Shown in pieces: positions 20,055 to 30,120 of a stretch of 64,000 nucleotides of DNA. The notes beneath the pieces were generated by a model. It did no database searches, was not told the DNA's origin, and saw only the letters and a program-made list of their open reading frames with translations. Position 1 is the stretch's first letter, and the number at the start of each line of letters is the position of its first letter. Made by a program: the position numbers and the translations under genes. Source of the DNA: Promethearchaeota archaeon (GTDB lineage Archaea; Asgardarchaeota; Lokiarchaeia; Sigyniarchaeales; SOKP01); contig JAEOUA010000008.1 of the NCBI GenBank assembly GCA_016839555.1, forward strand, positions 64,001-128,000, in the 5' to 3' direction.

Positions 20055-20112
20055 AAAATCTACCTAAATAGTTAAATTTATACTGATTTATTCTTTTTTT
20101 ATTTTTTTTCAA

Positions 20113-20577
20113 TTAGCTTAGCTTCATAGTAGAATTGTTTAATTCTCTATTAAATTTGCGACGGCAAATTGAGTTACAGAATATTTCTATTTTTGTATCT
20201 AACCAAAGTAGCTTCAACTCATCAATTTTCAGATAATTATGTATTTTAGCATAAGAATAGATATCAATTTCTTTTTTGCAGTAATTGCATTGTCGAGTTT
20301 TCAGCTGCAATTCAATCTCATGTAGCTCATTATTTTTTAACGATTTAAAGCAATCACAGCAGTGAAATTCTAAGATGGGAGACTCCCATAAGATAAAAAT
20401 TTGTTGAGCGGAATATTCAATATTATCGCTTAAAAAATCATAAACATTCAGCTCTTTTCCGCATTGCCAGCACGTTCGCTTCTTAAAATTTTTTGTAGAT
20501 TTAATAAATTCTCTTAATTGATGGATTTTATCCCACAGTTCATGGTTATTTAATTTTCGGAAAAAAATATTTTGCCA
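20113..20577 (-). CDS. Tandem Cys-motif (putative Zn-binding) protein; start uncertain or frameshifted
   Basis: Frame is open from 20577; two units, CWQC...LWESPILEFHCCDC and CNYC...LWLDTKIEIFCNSIC; the ORF track shows only the second. Confidence 0.7.
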   Translation of the reverse strand, partial: WQNIFFRKLNNHELWDKIHQLREFIKSTKNFKKRTCWQCGKELNVYDFLSDNIEYSAQQIFILWESPILEFHCCDCFKSLKNNELHEIELQLKTRQCNYCKKEIDIYSYAKIHNYLKIDELKLLWLDTKIEIFCNSICRRKFNRELNNSTMKLS

Positions 20578-20666
20578 TCACTTCTTAACCCTTTTATATC
20601 ATATAAAAATATATAAGATTATTTTTACTAACCCATTAATTTTAGTTTGGAAACTGTTTTAAAGCA

Positions 20667-21218
20667 TTATTTACTGTGAGATTTTATATATCTTGCCGCG
20701 TCTAAAAAATTATTAGCAACAAAAGTGGGCTTTATCTTTTTCTCCTTCAATTCTTTTGCATGCTTATTTCCATGCCCCGTGAGTAGATAGATTGTTTTTA
20801 ATCCCCCATTAACACCCAAGAGAATATCTGATGGATGATCCCCAATTACCCATGAGTTATTCAAGTCAATAATATAGAGAGAAAGAATTTCTTTAATAAA
20901 TTTTGTTTTAGGCTTCCTACAGTCGCAATTATCCTCCTTTTTATGGGGACAAAAATAGGTTTTTTCAATCGTTATGCCTTTTTTTTTAAGTACTGAAGTG
21001 AGATGGTTATTGAATTTCCAGAAATCTTCAATGCTGTAATAGTCTTTTCCAATCCCAGATTGATTTGTAATAATAAAAAATAAGTAATCATTTTTTAAGA
21101 GAGTCAACCCTTCAATGATTCCAGGTAAAAGTTCAAAATCATCAATTTTATGTACATAACCTCTATCTTTATTTAAGGTACCATCTCTATCGAGAATAAT
21201 TGCTTTGTATTTGCTCAT
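20667..21218 (-). CDS. HAD-IIIA phosphatase, GmhB / histidinol-phosphatase family
   Basis: LDRDGTLN, TNQSG, CPH...CDCRKP, IGD..SD. Confidence 0.92.
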   Translation of the reverse strand: MSKYKAIILDRDGTLNKDRGYVHKIDDFELLPGIIEGLTLLKNDYLFFIITNQSGIGKDYYSIEDFWKFNNHLTSVLKKKGITIEKTYFCPHKKEDNCDCRKPKTKFIKEILSLYIIDLNNSWVIGDHPSDILLGVNGGLKTIYLLTGHGNKHAKELKEKKIKPTFVANNFLDAARYIKSHSK

Positions 21219-21396
21219 ATTTATAAAATCTTTGAAAGAATTCTAATATTAGTTTTATGTTAGTTTCATTAAAGAAGGAAGGTAATTAGAAAAAATTTGC
21301 TATTAATTTATCAAGATAAAGATAACCGTATATAAATTTAAATAAATGAAAATAATAATATGAAATATAAAAACAAAAACAAATTAAAATATAAAA

Positions 21397-22578
21397 TTGG
21401 TAGAGATTAATCCAGTAGATTTTCCTTTTTATGATGAGGAAATTTTTAACTTTATGGTTAGACATTTCATTCCAATACAAAAATTTGACATTTTATACAG
21501 TATTACTCCAAATAATGATAAGATATTGTGTACTTTTCTTGCTAAAGGAAAATATGCACAACAAGAGGTTGATAGAATAATCAAGTATCAATGGATCACT
21601 CCAGTCTATATTACAAGATTTGGTATAGCTTACAGAAATCATTTAATGAATTATAATTTTTTTTATTGGAATGAAATTCCAAGAATTAAATTCAAGAAAA
21701 AGAAAATAATCATAAAACGGGAAAAATTTAGACCTATTTACAAAATTAAGAGAATTTCTTCCACTATAGAAGAGTTTGAAAAAATAAAGTATTATTTTAG
21801 TAATTTTTGCAAACTTCTTTATAATAGTTTTGACAAATTAATACTAATTATGAATAGATGTACTAAAGATCTTGATTTAATTCAACAAATACTTGATAAG
21901 AAATCACTTAATGGATTTCTTGAAGATTGCCGTATTTATTATAATGCTGGCAATAAAGTTAATGCTTTAACAATCTTAAAAAATTCCTACCAATTTATAT
22001 CAGACGAAAATGAAAAAATAGATTTACTATTCTTAATTGCTCTACTTCATAAAACAGATCGGAATTATAAAAGTGCAATAACTGCTTATGATAATATTTT
22101 AAAGCTTAATCCCCATAATCAGAAAGCAATAGAAGAAAGAAGTTATAATTATTATGCTCAATTATACTATCAAATAGAACCAAAAATAAGGAAAAGAGCA
22201 AAAAATTCTCATAAAGATGCATTAAAAAATGTGATAAAGGGAGCAGATTTAGAAAAAAAAGGGAAAAAGGCTAAAGCTAAGAAGATTTATGATAAATCTC
22301 TTGAATATTTCAATACAGCTAGTGATTATGATCCATATAATATTAATATATGGGAAGATAAAAAAGATTTTTTAGAATTTTTGGGAAAATCTGATGAAGC
22401 TAAAAAATGCCAAGAAGAGAAAAGAAAATATGAACCTCCTGAAGGCTATTCATTTTTAAACTTTATCCCTGAAGATTTTGATCAAAATAAATATGAAAGT
22501 GATTTAAGAGAGTACAAAATATTGAAATATACGTTTCAGAAAGCAATTCTTCTCATCTCTGAAGAGGATTCAATTTAA
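21397..22578 (+). CDS. TPR-containing hypothetical protein
   Basis: AITAYDNILKLNP and DPYNINIWEDK...LGKSDEAKKC TPR-like units. Confidence 0.7.
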   Translation: MVEINPVDFPFYDEEIFNFMVRHFIPIQKFDILYSITPNNDKILCTFLAKGKYAQQEVDRIIKYQWITPVYITRFGIAYRNHLMNYNFFYWNEIPRIKFKKKKIIIKREKFRPIYKIKRISSTIEEFEKIKYYFSNFCKLLYNSFDKLILIMNRCTKDLDLIQQILDKKSLNGFLEDCRIYYNAGNKVNALTILKNSYQFISDENEKIDLLFLIALLHKTDRNYKSAITAYDNILKLNPHNQKAIEERSYNYYAQLYYQIEPKIRKRAKNSHKDALKNVIKGADLEKKGKKAKAKKIYDKSLEYFNTASDYDPYNINIWEDKKDFLEFLGKSDEAKKCQEEKRKYEPPEGYSFLNFIPEDFDQNKYESDLREYKILKYTFQKAILLISEEDSI

Positions 22579-22662
22579 AGATAATTGAATATTAAAAATA
22601 AAAAAAAATAAGTATTAAAAAAAAATTTTAAAGATTTATTAAAAATTAAGGATATTATAAAA

Positions 22663-22950
22663 TTAGTCTCCGATAAGTTCTTTAACTTCCTTGCCGCCAT
22701 CTTCTAATTCTTCCTTTTGTTGTTTGTCTAGCTTTAGCAAGAGATATTGAAACTCTCCTACATGTTCTTTTTCTTCTTTTGCTACAGCCAATAACACCAT
22801 TTTTAGGTGTTTATTGTCTGTCATATCAGCCATTTGTTCATAAAGGTTAATAGCATCAAGTTCGGCAAGGAGTCCTGCCCTTAAAATCTGTTTATCCAAA
22901 TTTTCTTTTTTCACATTTTTTAGATCTATAGGAATTTGTGCTAATGTCAT
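22663..22950 (-). CDS. Short ferritin-like protein (encapsulated-ferritin/rubrerythrin-like)
   Basis: ELDAINLYEQ...EEKEHVGEF; ATG at 22950 lies 8 nt after GGTGA. Confidence 0.85.
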   Translation of the reverse strand: MTLAQIPIDLKNVKKENLDKQILRAGLLAELDAINLYEQMADMTDNKHLKMVLLAVAKEEKEHVGEFQYLLLKLDKQQKEELEDGGKEVKELIGD

Positions 22951-23142
22951 TTTAAATTTCACCAATATTTTAATTATTCATTTATAACTATAAATAGAAA
23001 TTATTTAGTTATTTAAAAAATTGTTGATTGAAATTTATTTACTATGGTTTGAAAACTCTTATATTCATATTAAATTCATATATCATTTCCTCACTGATTC
23101 CCTTGAATACAAATAAATTATTACAAATATTTTTAAAAAGAA

Positions 23143-23151
23143 TCTAATAAG
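23143..23151. promoter_or_regulatory. TCTAATAAG motif copy, upstream of SOR
   Basis: Directly 5' of a CTTAAATA TATA-like box. Confidence 0.45.
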
Positions 23152-23232
23152 TTCTTAAATACGAGAGAATTTCTTTTATTTAATTCTATCTCAAAAAATA
23201 ATAGAATAAAAAATTAGAGGTTTCGAAAAAAA

Positions 23233-23616
23233 ATGTTAGATTATAACGAACTATATCAAACTGCAGATTGGAAAAAAGAAAAACACGTGCCAGTAATTGA
23301 TGTGGCAACTAAAGGTGATATTGTTACAATAAGACTTCATGTAGGAGAGCAAATCGGTCATCCTAACACAACTGAACATCATATAAGATGGATTAAAGCC
23401 TTATTTTTACCTGATGGAGAAAAATACCCTTATGAAGTTGGAAAATGCGAATTTAATGCTCACGGAGAATCTATTGAAGGTCCTAATACATCAACGGTAT
23501 ATTGCGAGCCAGAAGCAACCCTAAGATTCAAAACAGAAAAATCTGGAACAATAATAGCATTAAGCTACTGCAATATCCACGGATTATGGCGAAATGAAAA
23601 AACTATTAAAATGTAA
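23233..23616 (+). CDS. sor: Superoxide reductase (neelaredoxin type, 1Fe)
   Basis: EKHVP, HPNTTEHHIRWI, CNIHGLW. Confidence 0.95.
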   Translation: MLDYNELYQTADWKKEKHVPVIDVATKGDIVTIRLHVGEQIGHPNTTEHHIRWIKALFLPDGEKYPYEVGKCEFNAHGESIEGPNTSTVYCEPEATLRFKTEKSGTIIALSYCNIHGLWRNEKTIKM

Positions 23617-23761
23617 TTATATTATTTCCAATCTATTATCCTTTTTTTTTAATTTATTCTTTTTTGATTTTTTTAAATATTAAGCTTGCTTCTGAAGGAG
23701 ATAAGTTTAATTTATCTCTGAATAATTGTAAATAAAGAATAAAAAATTAAAATTATTAATT

Positions 23762-24400
23762 TTAACTTACTTCTTCTGCTAATTTTTTAATGTGTTTAAC
23801 ACCATCTACCGCATCTTCAGCAAAATCGTCTGCCCCTAATTGTTTCGCTAATTGCATATTTAAAGGAGCACCTCCCACAATTAATTTCACCTTATCCCTT
23901 AATCCTTCTTTTTTTAAGGCTTCATGGACTGCTTGAATTTGCTCCACAGTCATAGTTAGTAAAGAACTTAGGGCTACGATGCGTGCCCCGGACTCCTTTA
24001 CTTCCTTGATTATTTTATCTTCATCTACATCCATTCCTAAGTCATGAATCTCAAAACCAGAACTTAAAAGTAGAGAGGCTAAGATATTTTTTCCAATATC
24101 GTGATTATCTCCCTTTACCGTCGCAACGATTATCTTTGTTTTATTTTCTGCCTTTTCCGTGGCAGCTAGAGCAGGTTGAAGTATCTCGAAGGCTTCCTTC
24201 ATTGTTTCTCCCGCTAATACTAATTCGGTTAGATAATATTCTTTTTCCTCATACCGTCGACCAACCTCATCCATCCCTTTAGTCAAGGCATTCAATACCT
24301 CAAAAGGATCCTTGTCCTCATTTAACGCCTCTCGAACGGCATCTTGAATATCATCAACTTCAAGTTCAATAACTAACTCTGTTAATTTTTCAAACTCCAT
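23762..24400 (-). CDS. Corrinoid (B12-binding) protein, stand-alone
   Basis: GDNHDIGKN, SSLLT, VGGAP. Confidence 0.93.
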   Translation of the reverse strand: MEFEKLTELVIELEVDDIQDAVREALNEDKDPFEVLNALTKGMDEVGRRYEEKEYYLTELVLAGETMKEAFEILQPALAATEKAENKTKIIVATVKGDNHDIGKNILASLLLSSGFEIHDLGMDVDEDKIIKEVKESGARIVALSSLLTMTVEQIQAVHEALKKEGLRDKVKLIVGGAPLNMQLAKQLGADDFAEDAVDGVKHIKKLAEEVS

Positions 24401-24585
24401 AAAAATGTCTATCTCAATTTTTCATTATAAAATAAATTTTCATTAATTAATTTAATTAATTTAGTCTAATTAATTAATAAATCTTATTTTCTCTTCTCCT
24501 AATATTGAAATTATAAAATAGATTGATCCGTAATTTATTCTTAATATTAGGATAATAATATGTCTGTTCTTATGAGTCAATATTC

Positions 24586-24716
24586 AAAAAAAAAAGAAAG
24601 AGAAAAACGGGAATCGCAAAATAAGTTAAGATCATACGATAAAATTAGGTTTTACCATATTTTAATTAGGAATTAGGGGATATTAAACAATCACGATTCC
24701 ACGACTTTCTCTCTAT
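24586..24716 (-). ncRNA. Candidate structured small RNA (unrecognised)
   Basis: TTTAAATA box at 24739-24746, 20-bp closing stem (24691-24712 with 24599-24619) whose three G-U pairs work only on the minus strand, then a U10 run. Confidence 0.45.
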
Positions 24717-25031
24717 GTAAATACTATAGTGACTCTTTTATTTAAATGCTTCGTATTAAAACTATTAAATTCTGAAAACTATAGAGAAGTGAGAGAATAG
24801 AAAGGAGGCATTTTTCGCTAACATCATAGCTGAACAAAAAATGGGAGTCTTTATTTTCCTATATAGAGGGAGTAAAATTTAATAAGCAAGAGGGTTCTAA
24901 TTCAAATTTAACTCACATTGAATATATATTGGAAAAAGGTGAAAATTTTCATTCAAGCATAGAAATTTTCCCATACATATTTGAAAATGAGATTTATTTG
25001 GAGGAGATATTTATGAATCTATTTTTACTAC

Positions 25032-26012
25032 TTATTCTATTTTAATAGTCATTAAATCTTGAGCCAAAAATGTATTAGGAAAGATAGCTCTCGCCTCTTC
25101 CAAAAGTTTTTGAGCTTCTTCTTGATATCGAGCGGAAATATGGGTTAATATCAGCTTTTTCGCATTCATCTTTACAGCATCATGGGCAGCATCAACAGAA
25201 GTAGAGTGTAGTTTTTCATTGGCTATATCAGATAGCTTTTTTGCGAAGGTAGATTCATGAATAAGAAGATCTGAGTCTTTTCCAAGTTCGATAAGTGATT
25301 GACAAGGTGCAGTGTCTCCAGAATAGGTGATTTTCCTTCCAGGACGTTCATTATCAACGATGCCCTCTTTAATTGGATTAATTATTCTACCTTGATATTT
25401 AATTGATTTGCCGGTCTGAAGAGTTTTCCAAAGATTACTTTCAGGAATTCCGAGGTCCTGAGCCCTTTCAGGATGAAACTTTCCATAACGAGGTTTTTCT
25501 ACGAAAGCATATCCATAGGTAGTAATAGAATGTTTCATAAGTGCATATTTTAAAAAATAACGATTTTTTTCAAATATAACACCATTTTCAATATCTATTT
25601 TGTCTATAGGAGGTTCTGATTCTAGGCCATGATATTGAATTAATTGGTTGTTTTCATGGTCAATTTCATAAATAATTAAATTGTAATCGGTTCTCAAGCC
25701 CAGAATTTTTTTATGAAGATAGAGATAAAGAAATAAATTCCTTGGTCCAAAAATTCTTAATGATGCATTCCTCTCTATTAAAGCAAAGCGAAATAAGAGT
25801 CCAGGAAGTCCAATAATATGGTCTGCATGAAAATGAGTAATACAGATGATTAGAGATTTATTTAATTTTAATCCCGCCTCAATAAATCGACGTTGCGTAT
25901 CTTCTCCACAATCAAAAAGAATTAAATCGCCACGATATCTTAAACCTATAGCTGATAGATTTCTTTCACGGATAGGCGTGGCAGCTGAACTGCCCAAAAT
26001 CACTAATTCCAT
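25032..26012 (-). CDS. rnz: Ribonuclease Z
   Basis: LFDCGE, THFHADH, exosite arm, YSGDT, HEST, HST, THISARY. Confidence 0.96.
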   Translation of the reverse strand: MELVILGSSAATPIRERNLSAIGLRYRGDLILFDCGEDTQRRFIEAGLKLNKSLIICITHFHADHIIGLPGLLFRFALIERNASLRIFGPRNLFLYLYLHKKILGLRTDYNLIIYEIDHENNQLIQYHGLESEPPIDKIDIENGVIFEKNRYFLKYALMKHSITTYGYAFVEKPRYGKFHPERAQDLGIPESNLWKTLQTGKSIKYQGRIINPIKEGIVDNERPGRKITYSGDTAPCQSLIELGKDSDLLIHESTFAKKLSDIANEKLHSTSVDAAHDAVKMNAKKLILTHISARYQEEAQKLLEEARAIFPNTFLAQDLMTIKIE

Positions 26013-26032
26013 TGGATTATCGGTACACTTTC

Positions 26033-27211
26033 TTATTTTTTTAACTCATAAATTTCAGTTCTCTGCTGATTAGTCAGTTTCTCGAGTTCTTTTATCATTC
26101 TTTTCAGTTCATTTAATCTTAGAGAATCCAATTTTGATATATCTGCTTCTTTAATAATTTTTTCTCGTTCATCTATCTGACTTTTCAATTGCTTCATTTT
26201 TTCGGATTTTGATTGTAATTCCTCCTTTAATTGAGCGATGCTATCATCTTGAGTGGTTTTAGTAGATACTGTTTCTTTTAACCTTTTAATTTCTGTCTGC
26301 AATTTATTAATTATTTGTTTACGTTTATTTAATTTATCTTGTAATTCTTTTGTAAGTTCCGTTATTCCAGGTGCTGGCAGGATCCTTTCCACAGGTTTAG
26401 GGGGGACTTCTGACAATTTTGCATCTAAGGTTGAAATTTTTTCTATGAGATTTTGAATTTGGTTATTTTTTTCTTCAATTTGTTCTTTAAGATCGGCATT
26501 TTCAGTTTTTAATTCATTAAGCTCTTTATTTTCAGTAGATTCTTTTACAGGAACTTCAGCTGCTTTATATTTATTAAGTGTTTCTTGTAAAGTTTTTACT
26601 TGCTGACGAGTTCGGTTTAATTTCATTTGTAATTCTTCAGTAAGGCTTTTAGTTATAACATTGGAAGAAGGTTCCATCTTGTTCTTACTCTCGATTTGTG
26701 CTTCTAATCCTTCTATTTTTTTATCTTTTTCTTTTAACTGCGCCTCATATTTTGTACTTGAAGCATAAGCACCTCCTTCTTGTTGCAATTGATTGATTAA
26801 TTGTTTTTGTTTATTAATTTTGTTCTGTAACTCCTTTATTAAAGCATCCATGGAGGGCATATCTTTCTTCAAATCTATTGTAGATTTCGAGGCTTCTTTT
26901 TCATTTTCCTTTTCTAATTCCTCTATTTTTTTTCGAAAAGATATATTTTCCTTTCGAAGAAAACCCATTTTGTCTTTTAATTCTCTATTTTTTTTTTCTC
27001 TATCTGCTAATTCAATTGATAATTTGGTTTCCTGGACTTTTTCAGAGTCAAATGAACCTTTTGATTCAGCCTCATCAATAAGTGATTCTAATTTTAAGAT
27101 ATTATCCTCAAGCAATTCAATACGATCTAAATAATTATTTATGGTTTCATCTTTTTCTTGTAATTTTTCTTTTAATTCTTTTAAATCTTTTTCTAAGGGG
27201 TTCTCTGCCAT
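26033..27211 (-). CDS. Long coiled-coil protein with internal repeats
   Basis: Heptad-rich and K/E/L/Q-rich; three copies of LxxELQxKxN. Confidence 0.8.
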   Translation of the reverse strand: MAENPLEKDLKELKEKLQEKDETINNYLDRIELLEDNILKLESLIDEAESKGSFDSEKVQETKLSIELADREKKNRELKDKMGFLRKENISFRKKIEELEKENEKEASKSTIDLKKDMPSMDALIKELQNKINKQKQLINQLQQEGGAYASSTKYEAQLKEKDKKIEGLEAQIESKNKMEPSSNVITKSLTEELQMKLNRTRQQVKTLQETLNKYKAAEVPVKESTENKELNELKTENADLKEQIEEKNNQIQNLIEKISTLDAKLSEVPPKPVERILPAPGITELTKELQDKLNKRKQIINKLQTEIKRLKETVSTKTTQDDSIAQLKEELQSKSEKMKQLKSQIDEREKIIKEADISKLDSLRLNELKRMIKELEKLTNQQRTEIYELKK

Positions 27212-27306
27212 TTTATTTTATTATTGATTTGATTTGATTAAATGATTTAAATTCTTCAAAAATTTTAAACTTTGATAATTTAAATAATTTTAACTTTTTA
27301 TTGTAA

Positions 27307-29217
27307 TTAAAAAGTCGTGATTTCCCTAATTGGAAGAGTTTTAATTTTTTTTAATATGGGGATAAGGCTTATATAATTTAAAACAATAAAAAAGCCCAAA
27401 ATTAATCCAGCCAATAAAATTGGTATATATAAGGGTGGTAAAATTACATTATCAAATAAAAATAAGGAATTGATTATCATGCCTCCCGCTAGAGTTAAAA
27501 TAATTGCCGAAATTAATATAAAAACCCCTTCGAAAAATAGAATTCTTCTTAAATTTTTCAATTTGGATCCAATTGCTCGCATCACTAGAAAGTCCTTAAT
27601 TTTATCAGTTAAATCCCCTTTTTGAAAATTATAGAGAGAAAAAATTGAGACAATTGCCATTAAACCAATTAAAATCAAGTTATTCCATGTTAAATTATCG
27701 ATGAATTTAATGTTTTCAGTAAAAAAATAGTTTAAGCTAATACACATAAAATTTTCTCCTAAGGTATTAATAAGTGGAGCTATTTGACTTATTGTATATT
27801 CAAATGTATTTGGAACTATTTTTATAATGGCGATATTTATATCCTCAGAATTCAAATTTAACATGCTTTGAAATTTGTTTAAATCCATATAAGCAGCAAA
27901 TCCGGAATAAAATGTATCTATAAAAACTCCTGAAATGAAAAATTGCTCTCCGAAATTAATAAAGTTTACTTTCTGTTTTAACGGATCCTCAAAAAAATTA
28001 TTAGCTAAGCCATCACCTACAGTTAGAGTATAATTTGCATTTTCTTGTGTAAAAATATATCCATTAAGTTCATAGAATTGGACGAGTGTGCTAAAACTTA
28101 AGCCAATTACCGGAAAATTTCCAAACCTATTCTGACCAATAGTTATAATCTCACCGTTTTCGGCTGTTGAAATCCCTTGAATTTCTTGAAGATCACAGAA
28201 TTTTATAAGTCTTTTATCCACTCGAAGAATAGAGTTAATATTTTGTAAACCTTCGATTTGGGTTGAATTAAATATATATTTTTCATCTGTAAAATCAATA
28301 AGATATTTATGGATTAAGAGATCTGGGTTCGAAAACATCGAATACATATTTGCATATGCAATAAGTACGTCTCTATGACCTATCATTATAATATCCTCTC
28401 CTTGAGCTTTATTGATCCATGTCTTTGAGGTTTTTCGAAGGACGAATGCTCCCAAACTAACCGTAAAAATGATCATTAAAATAATAAGAAAAACCACAAA
28501 ATATTGTTTAAATTTGCCTTTTCTTCTTTTTATATTTAAAAGAGATAATTTAACATTTCGACCAAAATAGGATAACCATTTTGGGATATATTTCAATCTC
28601 TCTGCTGTAAAATGATAAGGAATGTCCCTTGAAATCATTTGAACAATGGTTTTTTTAGCGATTCGTTCTATGTATATCGCAGATACAGTTAAGCATCCTA
28701 ATGAGCTTAAAATAAATAATATAAGGGGGAGTAATATATTAAATTCAAAAATAATTAAAAAATCAAAAAAATTGATTATATATAGGAATATGAAATAAAA
28801 TATTATACCTAAACCTAATCCTAAAGCAAAAGCAATTAAAAAAATCAAATATGCTTCCATAAGATAAAATTTATAAATCCTTCCGGGCAATGTCCCAAAT
28901 GCTTTCATAATAGAAATATCTTTTTTTTTACTTGAAATAAACGCGAAAGAAATAATCATTACAAACACTACTGATAAAATAAAGATTAATACAATTAGGA
29001 TAGACGATAATTCGGAATAATTATTATATATCTCCCCCGAAAAAAAATAGATATTCATATATGCTCGCTGTTGATTGATAAACACACTTAAATCCAGTGA
29101 GGTTGAAAAAAGAATTAAAAAAATGCTTACCGCTATAATTAAACTAATAGTTAAAATATATGGAAAATTGACTCTCCGTTTGCGATAAAAATCTTTGAGG
29201 GTAAAATCAAAACTCAA
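27307..29217 (-). CDS. ABC transporter permease, FtsX/MacB-like
   Basis: Two FtsX-type segments (DISIMKAFG, DFLVMRAIG) and a large extracytoplasmic loop. Confidence 0.85.
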   Translation of the reverse strand: MSFDFTLKDFYRKRRVNFPYILTISLIIAVSIFLILFSTSLDLSVFINQQRAYMNIYFFSGEIYNNYSELSSILIVLIFILSVVFVMIISFAFISSKKKDISIMKAFGTLPGRIYKFYLMEAYLIFLIAFALGLGLGIIFYFIFLYIINFFDFLIIFEFNILLPLILFILSSLGCLTVSAIYIERIAKKTIVQMISRDIPYHFTAERLKYIPKWLSYFGRNVKLSLLNIKRRKGKFKQYFVVFLIILMIIFTVSLGAFVLRKTSKTWINKAQGEDIIMIGHRDVLIAYANMYSMFSNPDLLIHKYLIDFTDEKYIFNSTQIEGLQNINSILRVDKRLIKFCDLQEIQGISTAENGEIITIGQNRFGNFPVIGLSFSTLVQFYELNGYIFTQENANYTLTVGDGLANNFFEDPLKQKVNFINFGEQFFISGVFIDTFYSGFAAYMDLNKFQSMLNLNSEDINIAIIKIVPNTFEYTISQIAPLINTLGENFMCISLNYFFTENIKFIDNLTWNNLILIGLMAIVSIFSLYNFQKGDLTDKIKDFLVMRAIGSKLKNLRRILFFEGVFILISAIILTLAGGMIINSLFLFDNVILPPLYIPILLAGLILGFFIVLNYISLIPILKKIKTLPIREITTF

Positions 29218-29226
29218 GTTTAGTAT

Positions 29227-29970
29227 TCACTCTTCTTTTTTTATTTTTCCATCATCAAAAAAGATAACTCTATCTGCTAACTCAATCAAAAGATCGTCAT
29301 GAGTAGCTATAATTACTGTTTTTTTTGTATTTTTTAAATTTGAAAAGAATTTTCGTATGAGATTTACTGTATCCTGATCTAAATTAGCTGTTGGCTCATC
29401 CGCAAGAATTAAAGGAGGATCATTAGAAATTGCTCTAGCTATTGCCACTCTCTGCTGTTCTCCCGCCGACAGTTGGAAAGGTAAATGCTCCCTTCTCTCT
29501 TCTAGCCCCACATCCTTTAACAGTTTTACTGCAACTTTTCTCTGTTTTTCTAAAGGGACTTCCGAAAGATTCATGGGAAACATTACATTTTCCTCTGCAG
29601 TCAAGGTACTAATTAAATTATAATTCTGGAAAATAAAACCTATATGGACCAATCTAAAGATTGCTAATGATTCTTCTTTCATTTCTGAAATTTTTAATCC
29701 AAAACAAACGATATCTCCTTCTGTTGGTCGATCTAATCCACCGATTAAGTTTAAAAGTGTAGTTTTCCCAGCACCAGAGGGGCCTTTAATTGCTATGACC
29801 GATGCAATGGATATATCCAAACTCACATTATCTACTGCTCTTACTATATACTCTCCAATTTCGTAGTCCTTTGTTACATTAGATAAAGTTATAAGATTAG
29901 TTATATTGTCTTTTTGATCATTTTTATTGTCATCAGAGGGGATATTCTTTTGTTGCTTTTTCTTTTTCAT
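29227..29970 (-). CDS. ABC transporter ATP-binding protein, LolD/MacB-like
   Basis: [33 protein letters not shown]. Confidence 0.95.
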   Translation of the reverse strand: MKKKKQQKNIPSDDNKNDQKDNITNLITLSNVTKDYEIGEYIVRAVDNVSLDISIASVIAIKGPSGAGKTTLLNLIGGLDRPTEGDIVCFGLKISEMKEESLAIFRLVHIGFIFQNYNLISTLTAEENVMFPMNLSEVPLEKQRKVAVKLLKDVGLEERREHLPFQLSAGEQQRVAIARAISNDPPLILADEPTANLDQDTVNLIRKFFSNLKNTKKTVIIATHDDLLIELADRVIFFDDGKIKKEE

Positions 29971-30120
29971 TACCTTTTGAAAAACTTCAATGAAAAATAA
30001 AATTTACTCTAACACACTTTTTAATAAGATTGAAGCTGAAAAGAAGAATTATACGTTAGAAACCTAGACTTGTGGCACTCCTTATAAACTAAAAAAAATA
30101 AAAATAAAAAAAATGATATA

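Noticed and set aside
24560-24676. 38-aa plus-strand ORF MSVLMSQYSKKKERE...
   Set aside because: Runs through an A10 tract, has no SD or recognisable motif, and is better explained as the antisense of the structured element
26033-27211. SMC/Rad50 call for the coiled-coil protein
   Set aside because: No Walker A/B, signature motif, hinge or Zn hook
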